A stretch of DNA of 63,649 nt, counting the filler, from Octopus bimaculoides (lineage: Eukaryota): assembly GCF_001194135.2 (NCBI RefSeq). It is 6 parts of 6 records of this genome, joined end to end, with 100 filler letters (N's around TTAATTAATTAA, not from the genome) between each part and the next. Parts side by side here need not be neighbours in the genome. Positions count along the whole stretch, not along the records: positions 23,702 to 50,099 come from NC_068981.1; 5 more parts are not named here. One strand, written 5' to 3'. Of the stretch, positions 26,236 to 36,160 are shown in pieces. The first letter of the stretch is position 1; each line of letters opens with the position of its first letter. Under the pieces are notes generated by a model. That model did not search any database, had not been told where the DNA came from, and was given only the letters and a program-made list of their open reading frames with translations. Made by a program: the position numbers and the translations under genes.

Positions 26236-26781
26236 TAATTCATAAACAGAAAAGAAAAGAATCCTAACATCGGGCTACAACAAGTAGCCTTAGATGCCAA
26301 GGACCTTCCTATTGGGTTACAGCAAGTAACCTTAGATGTCAAGAACCCTCCTAAGTATCCTAGCTGTTTTCTGCAGCTGTACTAACCTGGGTTTTATGCC
26401 TATTTCCTCTATCCATCTGTTCAGATTTTTAGGGATAGATCGCAATGTACCTATAACTACTGGGATACAGTTTACCCGTACTTTCCATAATCACTGTAAT
26501 TCAATAGCGCAGTCCTGGTACTTTGCTATTTTTTTTATATACTTCTCATATTAATTTTTTCCTCATTTGGGACTGTAAAGTCAATTATCTGGCACTTTCT
26601 AGTCTCTTTATCTACTACTACTTAATCAGGCCTTCTAGCTTCTATTACCCTGTCAGTCTGAATGTTAAAGTCCCACAACATCTTATATTTCTTACTTTCT
26701 AGTACTTTATTAGGTTCATGTTCATACAATTTATCAGTATGTTCAAATCCTAGCTTTCTACAAAGTTCCCAATGGATTGCT
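26236..26781 (-). mobile_element. R4/Dong-like non-LTR retrotransposon, 5'-truncated copy 1 (RLE domain plus 3' UTR)
   Basis: AIHWELCRKLGFEHTDKLYEHEPNKVLESKKYKMLWDFNIQTDRVIEARRPD*VVVDKETRKCQIIDFTVP..KYQDCAIELQ*LWKVRVNCIPVVIG..KTARILRRVLDI*: PD-(D/E)xK restriction-like endonuclease C-terminus. The 3' end joins (AAT)n. Confidence 0.88.
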
Positions 26782-26939
26782 CTCCCTTCGCCCGTCGCTA
26801 CGTTCTGAGTTCCAGTTCCGCCAAGGTTGACTTTGCTTTCATCCTCTCGGGCTTGGATTGACATAATCGACAAGTCCCCTCCCCACAAATTTCAGGCCTT
26901 GTGTCTATAGTAGAAAGAATTATTATTATTATTATTATT
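26782..26939 (+). mobile_element. 5'-truncated SINE family A with (ATT)n tail
   Basis: ttcgcccgtcgctacgttctgagttcc..ggccttgtgtctatagtagaaagaattattatt. Confidence 0.88.
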
Positions 26940-27932
26940 TTATGTTTGACTTTTGTTTTGCATTTGTACAAGTTGGATCCAAGTCTCACCCAGAGACCTC
27001 AAGAGACAACAAGTTAGAAGTTCATGTAGGTGTTATGCCTAGGGTACCATATATTTGGATTTGTACAGTTTTGTTCAAGTGAATGTTTAAGAAACCATAA
27101 GAAAATTATGTGTTTGCTTTAAAANNNNNNNNNNNNNNNNNNNNNNNNNNNNNNNNNNNNNNNNNNNNNNNNNNNNNNNNNNNNNNNNNNNNNNNNNNNN
27201 NNNNNNNNNNNNNNNNNNNNNNNNNNNNNNNNNNNNNNNNNNNNNNNNNNNNNNNNNNNNNNNNNNNNNNNNNNNNNNNNNNNNNNNNNNNNNNNNNNNN
27301 NNNNNNNNNNNNNNNNNNNNNNNNNNNNNNNNNNNNNNNNNNNNNNNNNNNNNNNNNNNNNNNNNNNNNNNNNNNNNNNNNNNNNNNNNNNNNNNNNNNN
27401 NNNNNNNNNNNNNNNNNNNNNNNNNNNNNNNNNNNNNNNNNNNNNNNNNNNNNNNNNNNNNNNNNNNNNNNNNNNNNNNNNNNNNNNNNNNNNNNNNNNN
27501 NNNNNNNNNNNNNNNNNNNNNNNNNNNNNNNNNNNNNNNNNNNNNNNNNNNNNNNNNNNNNNNNNNNNNNNNNNNNNNNNNNNNNNNNNNNNNNNNNNNN
27601 NNNNNNNNNNNNNNNNNNNNNNNNNNNNNNNNNNNNNNNNNNNNNNNNNNNNNNNNNNNNNNNNNNNNNNNNNNNNNNNNNNNNNNNNNNNNNNNNNNNN
27701 NNNNNNNNNNNNNNNNNNNNNNNNNNNNTCCTTCATGATCTTTGACAACTATATCTGGTCTATTTGCCTTAATTTCTCTATCTGTGTGTATTGGCATATC
27801 CCAGAGTATGGTTGCTTTCTCGTTTTCTGTGACCTTTTCTGGCGTGTGTTTATACCATCTTTTTTCTGTTGCTATTCCATAATGTTGGCATAGCTTCCAG
27901 TGTATATAGGTCCCAGCTCTGTCGTGTCTGTG
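26940..27932 (-). mobile_element. R4/Dong-like copy 2 (gap in middle), flanked on both sides by (AAT)n
   Basis: HRHDRAGTYIHWKLCQHYGIATEKRWYKHTPEKVTENEKATILWDMPIHTDREIKANRPDIVVKDHE at 27729-27932; putative 3' UTR at 26940-27124. Continuity across the gap is assumed. Confidence 0.82.
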
Positions 27933-27933
27933 A

Positions 27934-28007
<74 letters not shown>

Positions 28008-28008
<1 letters not shown>

Positions 28009-28168
28009 TCGCTTGTCACGTTCTGAGTTCAAATTCCGCCGAGGTCGAATTTACTTTTCATCTTTTCGGGGTTGGTAAAATAAATACATCGGGGTCGATG
28101 TAATTGACTAGTGCTCTCCCTCAGGATTTCAGGACTTGTGCCTTCAGTAGAAAGGATTATTATTATTA
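28008..28168 (+). mobile_element. 5'-truncated SINE family A with (ATT)n tail
   Basis: ttcgcttgtcacgttctgagttcaaattccgccgaggtcga..cttgtgccttcagtagaaaggattattattatt. Confidence 0.88.
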
Positions 28169-29140
28169 CTGTTATTTACTTTTAATCTCAATGTTTGTAA
28201 CAATCACTCGCCGAGACACACCCAGCGTCCTAGGGCAAGTAAAGGATAAGAAATGTTACAGTATGGCTGAAAGTTTAGGGGAGGGGAAATGGTAGGGTCA
28301 GTAGCGAAATATCTCCATGTAATAGGACACACATTTAAACTGATAGGGTTTTTCTAAGGATGTGAGCAGTACTTGTTAGAACAATCTTTTGGATTTCTCT
28401 GAGACATGGTTCTCCTGGGATCTTATCTAGATGTTTCTTATTTCTTTATTGCCCGCAAGGGTCTACACACAGAGGGGACAAACAAGGACAGACAAAAGGA
28501 TTAAGTCGATTACATCGACCCCAGTGCGTAACTGGTACTTAATTCATCGACCCTGAAAGGATGAAAGGCAAAGTGTACCTCGGCGGAATTTGAACTCAGG
28601 ACGTAAAGACAGACGAAATACCGCTAAGCATTTCGTCCGGTGTGCTAACGTTTCTGCCAGCTAGCCGTCTTATCTAGATGTTTCTGACATCCCTTTTTAT
28701 TATACCTAGGGCACCTATAATAACAAGAACAGTTCTTGCTTTAAAATTACACATCTTTTGTATTTCAATTTCCAGGTCTTTATATTTATTTAATTTGTCA
28801 AATTCCTTTGCAGATATATTTTCATCAGTGGGACCACTTACATCTATTAATTTACAAGTATTCTCTTCCCTGTCTTTAATAATTATGTCTGGTCGATTAG
28901 CCTGGATCGTTCTGTCGGTGTTGACTGTAAAATCCCAGAGGATAGTGACATTTTTACTTTCAGTAAACAGGAGTACCGATTTTATAGTGATTACATGTTT
29001 TCCAATGTAAATACTGTCCTACCCTATCGTGGCGATTTTTGTATTCGTTTGGTGTCGGCACAGGACATCCCAAAAAGATGTGGTCTATTGTTTCGTCAAA
29101 TGTGTCGCAGAATCTGCATTTAGGGTCAGGCAAATTTCCA
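28169..29140 (-). mobile_element. R4/Dong-like copy 3 (CCHC knuckle, RLE, 3' UTR), interrupted by a SINE
   Basis: PDPKCRFCDTFDETIDHIFLGC..EYKNRHDRVGQYLHWKTC (CCHC) then TILWDFTVNTDRTIQANRPDIIIKD..KYKDLEIEI..IIGALG. After excising the SINE: GCQKHLDKIPGEPCLREIQKIVLTSTAHILRKTLSV*. Confidence 0.9.
28439..28667 (-). mobile_element. SINE family A with perfect 18-bp target-site duplication
   Basis: TCTTATCTAGATGTTTCT at 28421-28438 and 28668-28685. Confidence 0.95.
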
Positions 29141-29144
29141 CTGC

Positions 29145-29720
29145 ATCACCTGTTACTGTTACCTGTTATCGTGTTACTGGGGTACGTGCAGCATTGTGCG
29201 TTCTTTTTTGCTGTTGGGAGTATGCAAACTCTTCCTGGTATTGTATTGCATCAGTTTTTTTTTTATGGAGTGTGAGTCAGTTGCGTGTGTAATGCGTTGG
29301 GTATGCGGCCTGCTGATAATAGTTTATTTTATTGGATATTTGCTATATAGAGTGTGTCTTGTTTTTGTGGATTGTTTCGTTTGAATTGTAGTGTCTTGTG
29401 TAGGATGTGGGCTGTTCCTAGCAGGGCTATTATTTGGATAGTGTGTAGTGTTGAGGATCCAGCTACAGCTTCTACGTTTTTGTTCATATGTTTTTTATCA
29501 TGCCCAGTGCTCTAGTATTGTTTTCGCCTTCATGCCCCATATCTTGAATATTTCAATTTCGAGGTCTTTGTACTTTGACAATTTCCCCACTTCTTTTTGG
29601 ACAATATTTTCATCAGAAGGTTTCTCTAGTATTTTTAGTGAAAATTTTAAAATCATCCATGTACAGAATATGGTTTACTGTTTGTCCATAGCATCTATAA
29701 CTCATGATGGTTTCATTTAA
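29145..29720 (-). mobile_element. R4/Dong-like copy 4, internally deleted (RT YMDD motif fused to RLE C-terminus)
   Basis: YGQTVNHILYMDDFKIFTKN joined to PSDENIVQKEVGKLSKYKDLEIEIFKIWGMKAKTI..ALGMIK..IQIIALLGTAHILHKTL, then a 3' UTR running into copy 3. Confidence 0.82.
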
Positions 29721-29789
29721 CTAGTTTTTTAACGAGGTCAGAGAAAGATAGAAAAGCAAGGGTGACAGAAAAATCACCCTGGAAAATCA

Positions 29790-29837
29790 ACTAGTCCCTC
29801 CTCCACAATTTCAGGCCTTGTGCTTATAGCAGAAAGG

Positions 29838-29888
<51 letters not shown>

Positions 29889-29889
29889 G
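29790..29889 (+). mobile_element. SINE family A 3' end with long (ATT)n tail
   Basis: caatttcaggccttgtgcttatagcagaaagg(att)n. Confidence 0.85.
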
Positions 29890-30874
29890 AAGAAAGTCTT
29901 TGAAACTTTTGAAATGTGAATGCTAAACTATTCTAGCAATAACTGGAACCATATCACGGTTTTGGCCAGTTGCTAACAGCTTTACTACTCGATACTCTAC
30001 GTAAATCTATCATACCATAGGATTATCATAAAGCTATGATAATTTTTTGTGTCTTATGTTTTGTCTTTGTTTCATTTTTTCCTTCCATTTATATATACTG
30101 ACTTCGAAGGAAGAGTAAACTGGGGATGCAGAATCAGCAACTCGGTTTTACTCCCCGGTTGAACGCTCGGTGGAGTGTTTTAATTCACATTTTAATGGGA
30201 AAGGAACTGACACATAATGCTCGATCTGCTAAAATATACATGTCTGGTAATTAATGACCTAAAAAAAAATTATACTCATTTTAGAACAGGGTTTCATATT
30301 GGAACAGATAGACCTTCTCTAGACGAATAGTCCTATGAAAACTAAAAAGCAGCATACAAATTGTAAAGTTTAATAAAATTAAATGGTTTTAAACTTTTTA
30401 ATTTGTTCAACATTATGGCGAAGAAAGTAAAAAATAATGGTTGTAAATTATCTTTTGTCATTTCCGTCATAAAGAGGCAGGATTAAACATTTTTCTCTAA
30501 TATTTGGGAAAAGTGAACTAGCATCAACTGAAGCGTGCAAGGGAGATAAATACAAATATATATTTCTCGATTACTTCCCTTACATTATTCAGGCTTCCAA
30601 TTTTGTTTTTAATTTTCATATTTTCAACTACAATTTTTTAATGCTAACATTCGTAGAGATATTTTCACTATACTCATTGCTATTGGAGTAAATTTCGATA
30701 TTTATGAATGAAACTAAAATTATATCACTGCTAATTTTACAACTCTCAAACATTTGAGAACATTATTTCATTAGCCTGTGAAAACTATCATCATTGCTAA
30801 ATCTAAACAAATACAAAGAGTATACATGTTTTTGTTTTGCAAGTTTCTTGATGTGAAAACATGTGTTGAAACAG

Positions 30875-31155
30875 ATATTGTTATACTTGGGGATGGTCTA
30901 TCTTTTTTTTTTTTTTGCCAATTAAACACATGCCCTATTTATTTGATCTTCACTTTAGTTTTTATTCGTATTATTTTTAGTTTATACATTTTTTGAAAAT
31001 GGAATAAGCAGAACAAGACGAGACACATAGGGCAGAGAGTCACTGATGAGGTTACAGAATATGTGACGAAAGAACTTTGACAAACGTATAGTAAAAAAAT
31101 AATGCGAATAAAACCTAAAGTAAAGATCAAATAAATAGAGCGTGTGATTAATTGG
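30875..31155 (+). mobile_element. PLE-like hammerhead-bearing repeat (family H), copy 1, with inverted partial duplication of its 3' part
   Basis: 30995-31155 matches the reverse complement of 46160-46345. About 68 bp at 30920-30987 is an inverted copy of 31086-31152. Confidence 0.75.
31039..31081 (+). ncRNA. Minimal type-I hammerhead ribozyme motif, intact core
   Basis: gtca-CTGATGA-G-GTTAC-agaatat-GTGAC-GAAA-GAAC-TT-tgac: stem I gtca/tgac, stem II GTTAC/GTGAC, 2-bp stem III (AG/CT), NUH = CUU, predicted cut after 31077. Confidence 0.65.
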
Positions 31156-31305
31156 CAGGTAAGAAGCTTCCTTCCCAACCACATGGTTCCGGGTTCAGTC
31201 CCACTGCGTGGCACCTTGGTTATAGTCTTCTACTATAACCACGGACCGACCAAAACCTTGTGAGTGGATTTGGTCGACGAAAACTGAAAAAATCCCGTCG
31301 CATAT
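31156..31305 (+). mobile_element. SINE family B, 5' half
   Basis: ggtaagaagcttccttcccaaccacatggttccgggttcagtcccactgcgtggcaccttgg..aaaaatcccgtcg. Confidence 0.88.
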
Positions 31306-31327
31306 ATATATATATATATATATGTGA

Positions 31328-31622
31328 TTTACTCGTTTTACAAATCAATTTTCTCCATTGAAATTAACTAAAATATAATTAATCCGTTCCAGCCTCCCCA
31401 AAACCACTCAAAAATAATTTTTAATCGGTTTTAAAACAGTAAAGGTGTAGTTACAAGTAAAATGATAATTATAAAAAAGAGAATGCACAAGGAATATGTA
31501 AACTGGTTTTATTAACTGAATTACCTTAAAGATGGACGATTTGTGTGCTGGTACTGCGGATTTCCGCACGTACTTCAAGCCAAAAATTCGCACGAGCCTC
31601 GGCTCGTACAAAAAATTACTCG
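31328..31622 (+). mobile_element. Possible non-autonomous Helitron-like element (3' hairpin)
   Basis: Perfect hairpin acgagcc-tc-ggctcgt (31592-31607) lies 11 nt upstream of CTCG|T, one mismatch from the Helitron CTRR end. The 5' boundary is uncertain. Confidence 0.45.
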
Positions 31623-31639
31623 TACTGTGAGATTCTACT

Positions 31640-31922
31640 GTACTAGGCTTACAAAGAATAAGCCCTGGGGTCGATTTGTTCGACTAACACACTTTAGAGC
31701 GGTGGACCAGCATAGCTGCAGTCAAATGACTGAAACAAGTAAAAGGAGAAAAGTGTGGTAATTAGCTTGCATACCAACCACATGGTTTCGGGTTCAGTCC
31801 CACTGCGTGGCACCTTGGGCAAGTGTCTTCTACTATAGCCTCGGGCCGACCAAAGCCTTCTGAGTGGATTTGGTAGACGGAAACTGAAAGAAACCCGTGG
31901 TATATATATGTATATATATATA

Positions 31923-31966
<44 letters not shown>

Positions 31967-32170
31967 NNNNNNNNNNCCCCCCCCCAATATCGCTTGACAA
32001 CCGATGCTGGTGTGTTTACGTCCCTGTAACTTAGCGGTTCAGCAAAAGAGACCGATAGAATAAGTACTAGGCTTACAAAGAATAAGTCCTGGGGTCGATT
32101 TGCTCGACTAAAGGCGGTGCTCCAGCATGGCCACAGTCAAATGACTGAAACAAGTAAAAGAGTAAAAGAG
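31640..32170 (+). mobile_element. SINE family B 3' fragment followed by a near full-length SINE family B
   Basis: 3' module at 31640-31745; head gtgtggtaattagcttgc at ~31753 through internal (TG)n and the tail gtaaaagagtaaaagag at 32155-32170. Confidence 0.92.
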
Positions 32171-32559
32171 TATCCCAGAATATTGATTATAAATTCAAAC
32201 TTGGTGGAAACTATCAAGTCGAGTACACAATACCTGCGTATCTGGTGGAGTGAAAAGCGATATTTATAGCTCAAGTGTCAGAAATGCCTTGTAATCATGG
32301 GGCTTGTAAGAATGACGTAACAAATTTTATTTACCAAGTTATATATTCTCGTAATCACTTTGTTATCGGCATATGTGCATTAATTCTCTCAAATAATCAA
32401 ACGATTATCCCCTCTAGGTGAGACTGTCAACCTCATTCTTCGGTACATAGACAACAAAAAGAAATCATAAAACTTGATCGTGAAGCATTAACATGTTTCC
32501 TCAAAATCCATTTAGCAGCAGCATCAGCAACTACAGCAGCAGCAGTAGAGGCAGCAATA

Positions 32560-32738
32560 ATGATTTTCTGACTTTGAACGGAAAAGGCGAGATCCTTGTT
32601 CTAGTATTTTGTTTTATTGATCTCCCAGGCGGAAAATGAAAGATATAGTTTGCCTCAGCGACATTAGGACACAGGATATAAAGTGCTGGAAGAAAAACTG
32701 CAAGAATTTTGCCCAGCACGCTAACCATTTTGCCATTA

Positions 32739-32813
<75 letters not shown>

Positions 32814-32816
32814 TGA
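32560..32816 (-). mobile_element. Degenerate SINE family A adjoining a (TAC)n tract
   Basis: ttttgcccagcacgctaaccattttgcca is the reverse complement of the head; (TAC)n at ~32737-32814. Confidence 0.65.
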
Positions 32817-32817
32817 T

Positions 32818-33320
32818 TGAGTGAGAGAACAGTGCATGCCATCACAGTGACACTGGGATAAAACATACGAAGCCCAGTATACCCATCATGACTACCCGTT
32901 TGATGAGGATACACCAGTCACATGCATCACAACCATATGTGCGCGACATGGTGATTTTATATCAAGACAAACAGCGCATGATCTTGCAGGTGGGGCCCAG
33001 TTAAAATTTTCTTCGGGTCGAGTAGCCCATCCCGTTCAAAAGGTCCCTGAATAAGGGTTGTTTAAAGATGTTGAACGAAACACCCATGTTTCCAAAGGTG
33101 AATTATCCAAACCCCAAAGAATTCCTCTCAACACACGACTATAAATGCTCTCCCGCTATTTCTGCTCGTGATCAGAGATACACATATCGTCACACACCAA
33201 GCGACATGCTCAACTGGTTAAGCTCAAACAACTGACAAGCAAATCTATTGGAATCTATTGGAATTGAGCACAATATTTACTGTAGCCCATCATTTACACC
33301 AAGACAAAACAATGTGCATG
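32818..33320. repeat. Probable interspersed repeat of unknown class
   Basis: GC-richer, non-coding 500-bp block bounded by microsatellites. I recall it as an abundant octopus repeat, but there is no second copy in this window. Confidence 0.35.
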
Positions 33321-33343
33321 ATATTATTATTATTATTATTATT

Positions 33344-33718
33344 CAGTAGTTTTATTTTTATAACGTGCTTTCACTTCACTACCGAGCGCAGCTCTGTGCG
33401 CCTTGGGTATGTGCTGTGGTTTGCTGTGGTGCTCTTATGTTTACTGTATTGAAAGTGTTTTTCGTAGAATGTGTGCAGTACCCAGTAGTGCAATTTTCTG
33501 TATGTTATATATATTTGTAAGTCCTGGTGTTTTTGTTATGTATTTGTCTGAATATTTTTTTATTATACCTAAGGCACCTACTATGATAGGAATTGTTTCT
33601 GTTTTTAGATTCCACATTCGAGTTATCTCTATTTCCAGGTCTTTGTATTTTGAAAGTTTTTCCATTTCTTTTAGAGAAACGTTGTCATCTGCTGGTATTG
33701 AAACATCAATTAGAAGGC
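33344..33718 (-). mobile_element. R4/Dong-like copy 5, cleanly embedded in (AAT)n
   Basis: (AAT)n-SLLIDVSIPADDNVSLKEMEKLSKYKDLEIEITRMWNLKTETIPIIVGALGIIKKYSDKYITKTPGLTNIYNIQKIALLGTAHILRKTLSIQ*-3' UTR-(AAT)n; frame uninterrupted. Confidence 0.92.
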
Positions 33719-33758
<40 letters not shown>

Positions 33759-33759
<1 letters not shown>

Positions 33760-34617
33760 GGCGAGCTGACAGAATCGTTAGCACGCCAGGCGAAATGCTT
33801 AGCGGTATTTCGTCTGCTCCTACATTCTGAGTTCAGGGTCGATTAAATCAGTACCAGTTACGCACTGGGTCGATGTAATCGATTTAATCCCCTCCCTCAT
33901 GCTACCCTTGTGGCAAAATTTGAAATCATTATCATTATCATTATTATTATTCGGTGAATTGGCAGAATCGTTAGCACGCCAGGTGAAATGCTTAGAGATA
34001 TTTCGTTTGCCACTACGTTCTGAGTTCAAATTCCACAAAGGCGACTTTACCTTTCATCCTTTCGGGTTCGATAAATTAAGTACCAGTTGAGTACTGGAGT
34101 CGATGTTATCGACTATTCCCCTTCCCCAAATTTCAGGCCTTGTGCCTATAGTAGAAAGGATTATCGTCATTATTATTATTCGGCGAGCTGGCAGAATCGT
34201 TAGCACGTCGGGTGAAATGCATAGCTGTATTTCGTTTGTCTTCACGTTCTGAGTTCAAATGCTGTCGGGGTCGACTTCGCCTTTCATATCTTCCGGGTCG
34301 ATAAAATAAATACAAGGAGCGCACTGGGGTGGATGTAATCAACTATCCTCCTCCCCCAAATTTCAGGCCTTGTGCCTATAGTAGAAAGGATTATCATCAT
34401 CATCAGTATTATTATTCAGCAGAATCGTTAGCACGCTGGGCGAAAAGCTTAGCGGTATTTCGTCCGCCGCTACGTTCTGAGTTCAAATTCCGCCAAGGTC
34501 GACTTTACCTTTCATCCATTCGGGGTCGATAAACTAAGTACCAGTTGAACACAGGTGTCGATGTAATCGACATATCCCATCCGCCAAAATGGTTGCCGTT
34601 GTGGCAAAATTTGAAAC

Positions 34618-34681
<64 letters not shown>

Positions 34682-34760
34682 GCTGTTGCTGTTGTTGTTG
34701 TTGTTGTTGTTCTTGTTCTTGTTATTGTTATTGTTATTGTTATTATTATTATTATTGTTA

Positions 34761-34798
<38 letters not shown>

Positions 34799-35632
34799 GT
34801 TATTGTTATTNNNNNNNNNNNNNNNNNNNNNNNNNNNNNNNNNNNNNNNNNNNNNNNNNNNNNNNNNNNNNNNNNNNNNNNNNNNNNNNNNNNNNNNNNN
34901 NNNNNNNNNNNNNNNNNNNNNNNNNNNNNNNNNNNNNNNNNNNNNNNNNNNNNNNNNNNNNNNNNNNNNNNNNNNNNNNNNNNNNNNNNNNNNNNNNNNN
35001 NNNNNNNNNNNNNNNNNNNNNNNNNNNNNNNNNNNNNNNNNNNNNNNNNNNNNNNNNNNNNNNNNNNNNNNNNNNNNNNNNNNNNNNNNNNNNNNNNNNN
35101 NNNNNNNNNNNNNNNNNNNNNNNNNNNNNNNNNNNNNNNNNNNNNNNNNNNNNNNNNNNNNNNNNNNNNNNNNNNNNNNNNNNNNNNNNNNNNNNNNNNN
35201 NNNNNNNNNNNNNNNNNNNNNNNNNNNNNNNNNNNNNNNNNNNNNNNNNNNNNNNNNNNNNNNNNNNNNNNNNNNNNNNNNNNNNNNNNNNNNNNNNNNN
35301 NNNNNNNNNNNNNNNNNNNNNNNNNNNNNNNNNNNNNNNNNNNNNNNNNNNNNNNNNNNNNNNNNNNNNNNNNNNNNNNNNNNNNNNNNNNNNNNNNNNN
35401 NNNNNNNNNNNNNNNNNNNNNNNNNNNNNNNNNNNNNNNNNNNAATCGTTAGCAGGGTGGGAAAAATGCTTAGCGGCATTTCGTCCGTCTTGGCGTTCTG
35501 AGTTCAAATTCGGCCGAGGTTGACTTCACCTTTCTTCTCGAAGTCGCTAAAATAAGTTGACTACTGGGGCCAATGTAATCGACCTTTCTCCTCCCCCGAA
35601 ATTGGTGGCCTTGTGCCAAAATTTGAAACCAC

Positions 35633-35687
<55 letters not shown>

Positions 35688-36160
35688 GTTGTTGTTGTTG
35701 TTGTTGTTGCTGCTTTTGTTGTTGCTGTTGTTGTTATTGTTGTTGTTATTAGCTGGTGGGATCCTTAACCTGTCGGACAAAATGCTTTACTACGTTCTGA
35801 TTTCAATTTACTGCAGAGGTCGGCCTGGCATTTCATCCTTCCGCGGTCGATGAAATAAGTACCAGTTGAGCACTGGGAGTTGATATAATCGACTAACCCC
35901 ACCTCCTCACAAATTTAGTAGAAAGATTATTATTATTAGGCAGCGAGCCGGCAGATTCTTTATCGCGCCGGGGAAAATGCTTAGTGGCATTTCGCTCGTC
36001 TTTGCGTTCTGACTTCAAATTCCGCCAAGGTGGACTTTGCCTGTCATCTTTTCGGGGTCGATGGAATAAGCACCAGTTGCGCACTGGGGTCGATGTAATT
36101 GACTAGCACCCTCCCTGAAAGTTTCAGACCTTGTGCCTATAGCAGAAAGGATTATTATTA
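33759..36160 (+). mobile_element. Head-to-tail array of about 7 SINE family A copies separated by (ATT)n/(GTT)n
   Basis: Heads at about 33759, 33951, 34181, 34418, 35444, 35750 and 35938. Each copy ends in ..gtagaaagg(att)n or ..aaaatttgaaa..(att)n. Confidence 0.92.

Noticed and set aside
26622-26888. 88-aa ORF as a gene with its own N-terminus
   Set aside because: Chimeric: the first ~33 aa are antisense SINE A sequence; only the rest is Dong-like RLE.
33759-36160. CRISPR-like or satellite-like regular repeat spacing
   Set aside because: Units are ~200-bp tRNA-derived SINEs with microsatellite spacers; there are no short repeat-spacer arrays or cas genes, and the context is eukaryotic.
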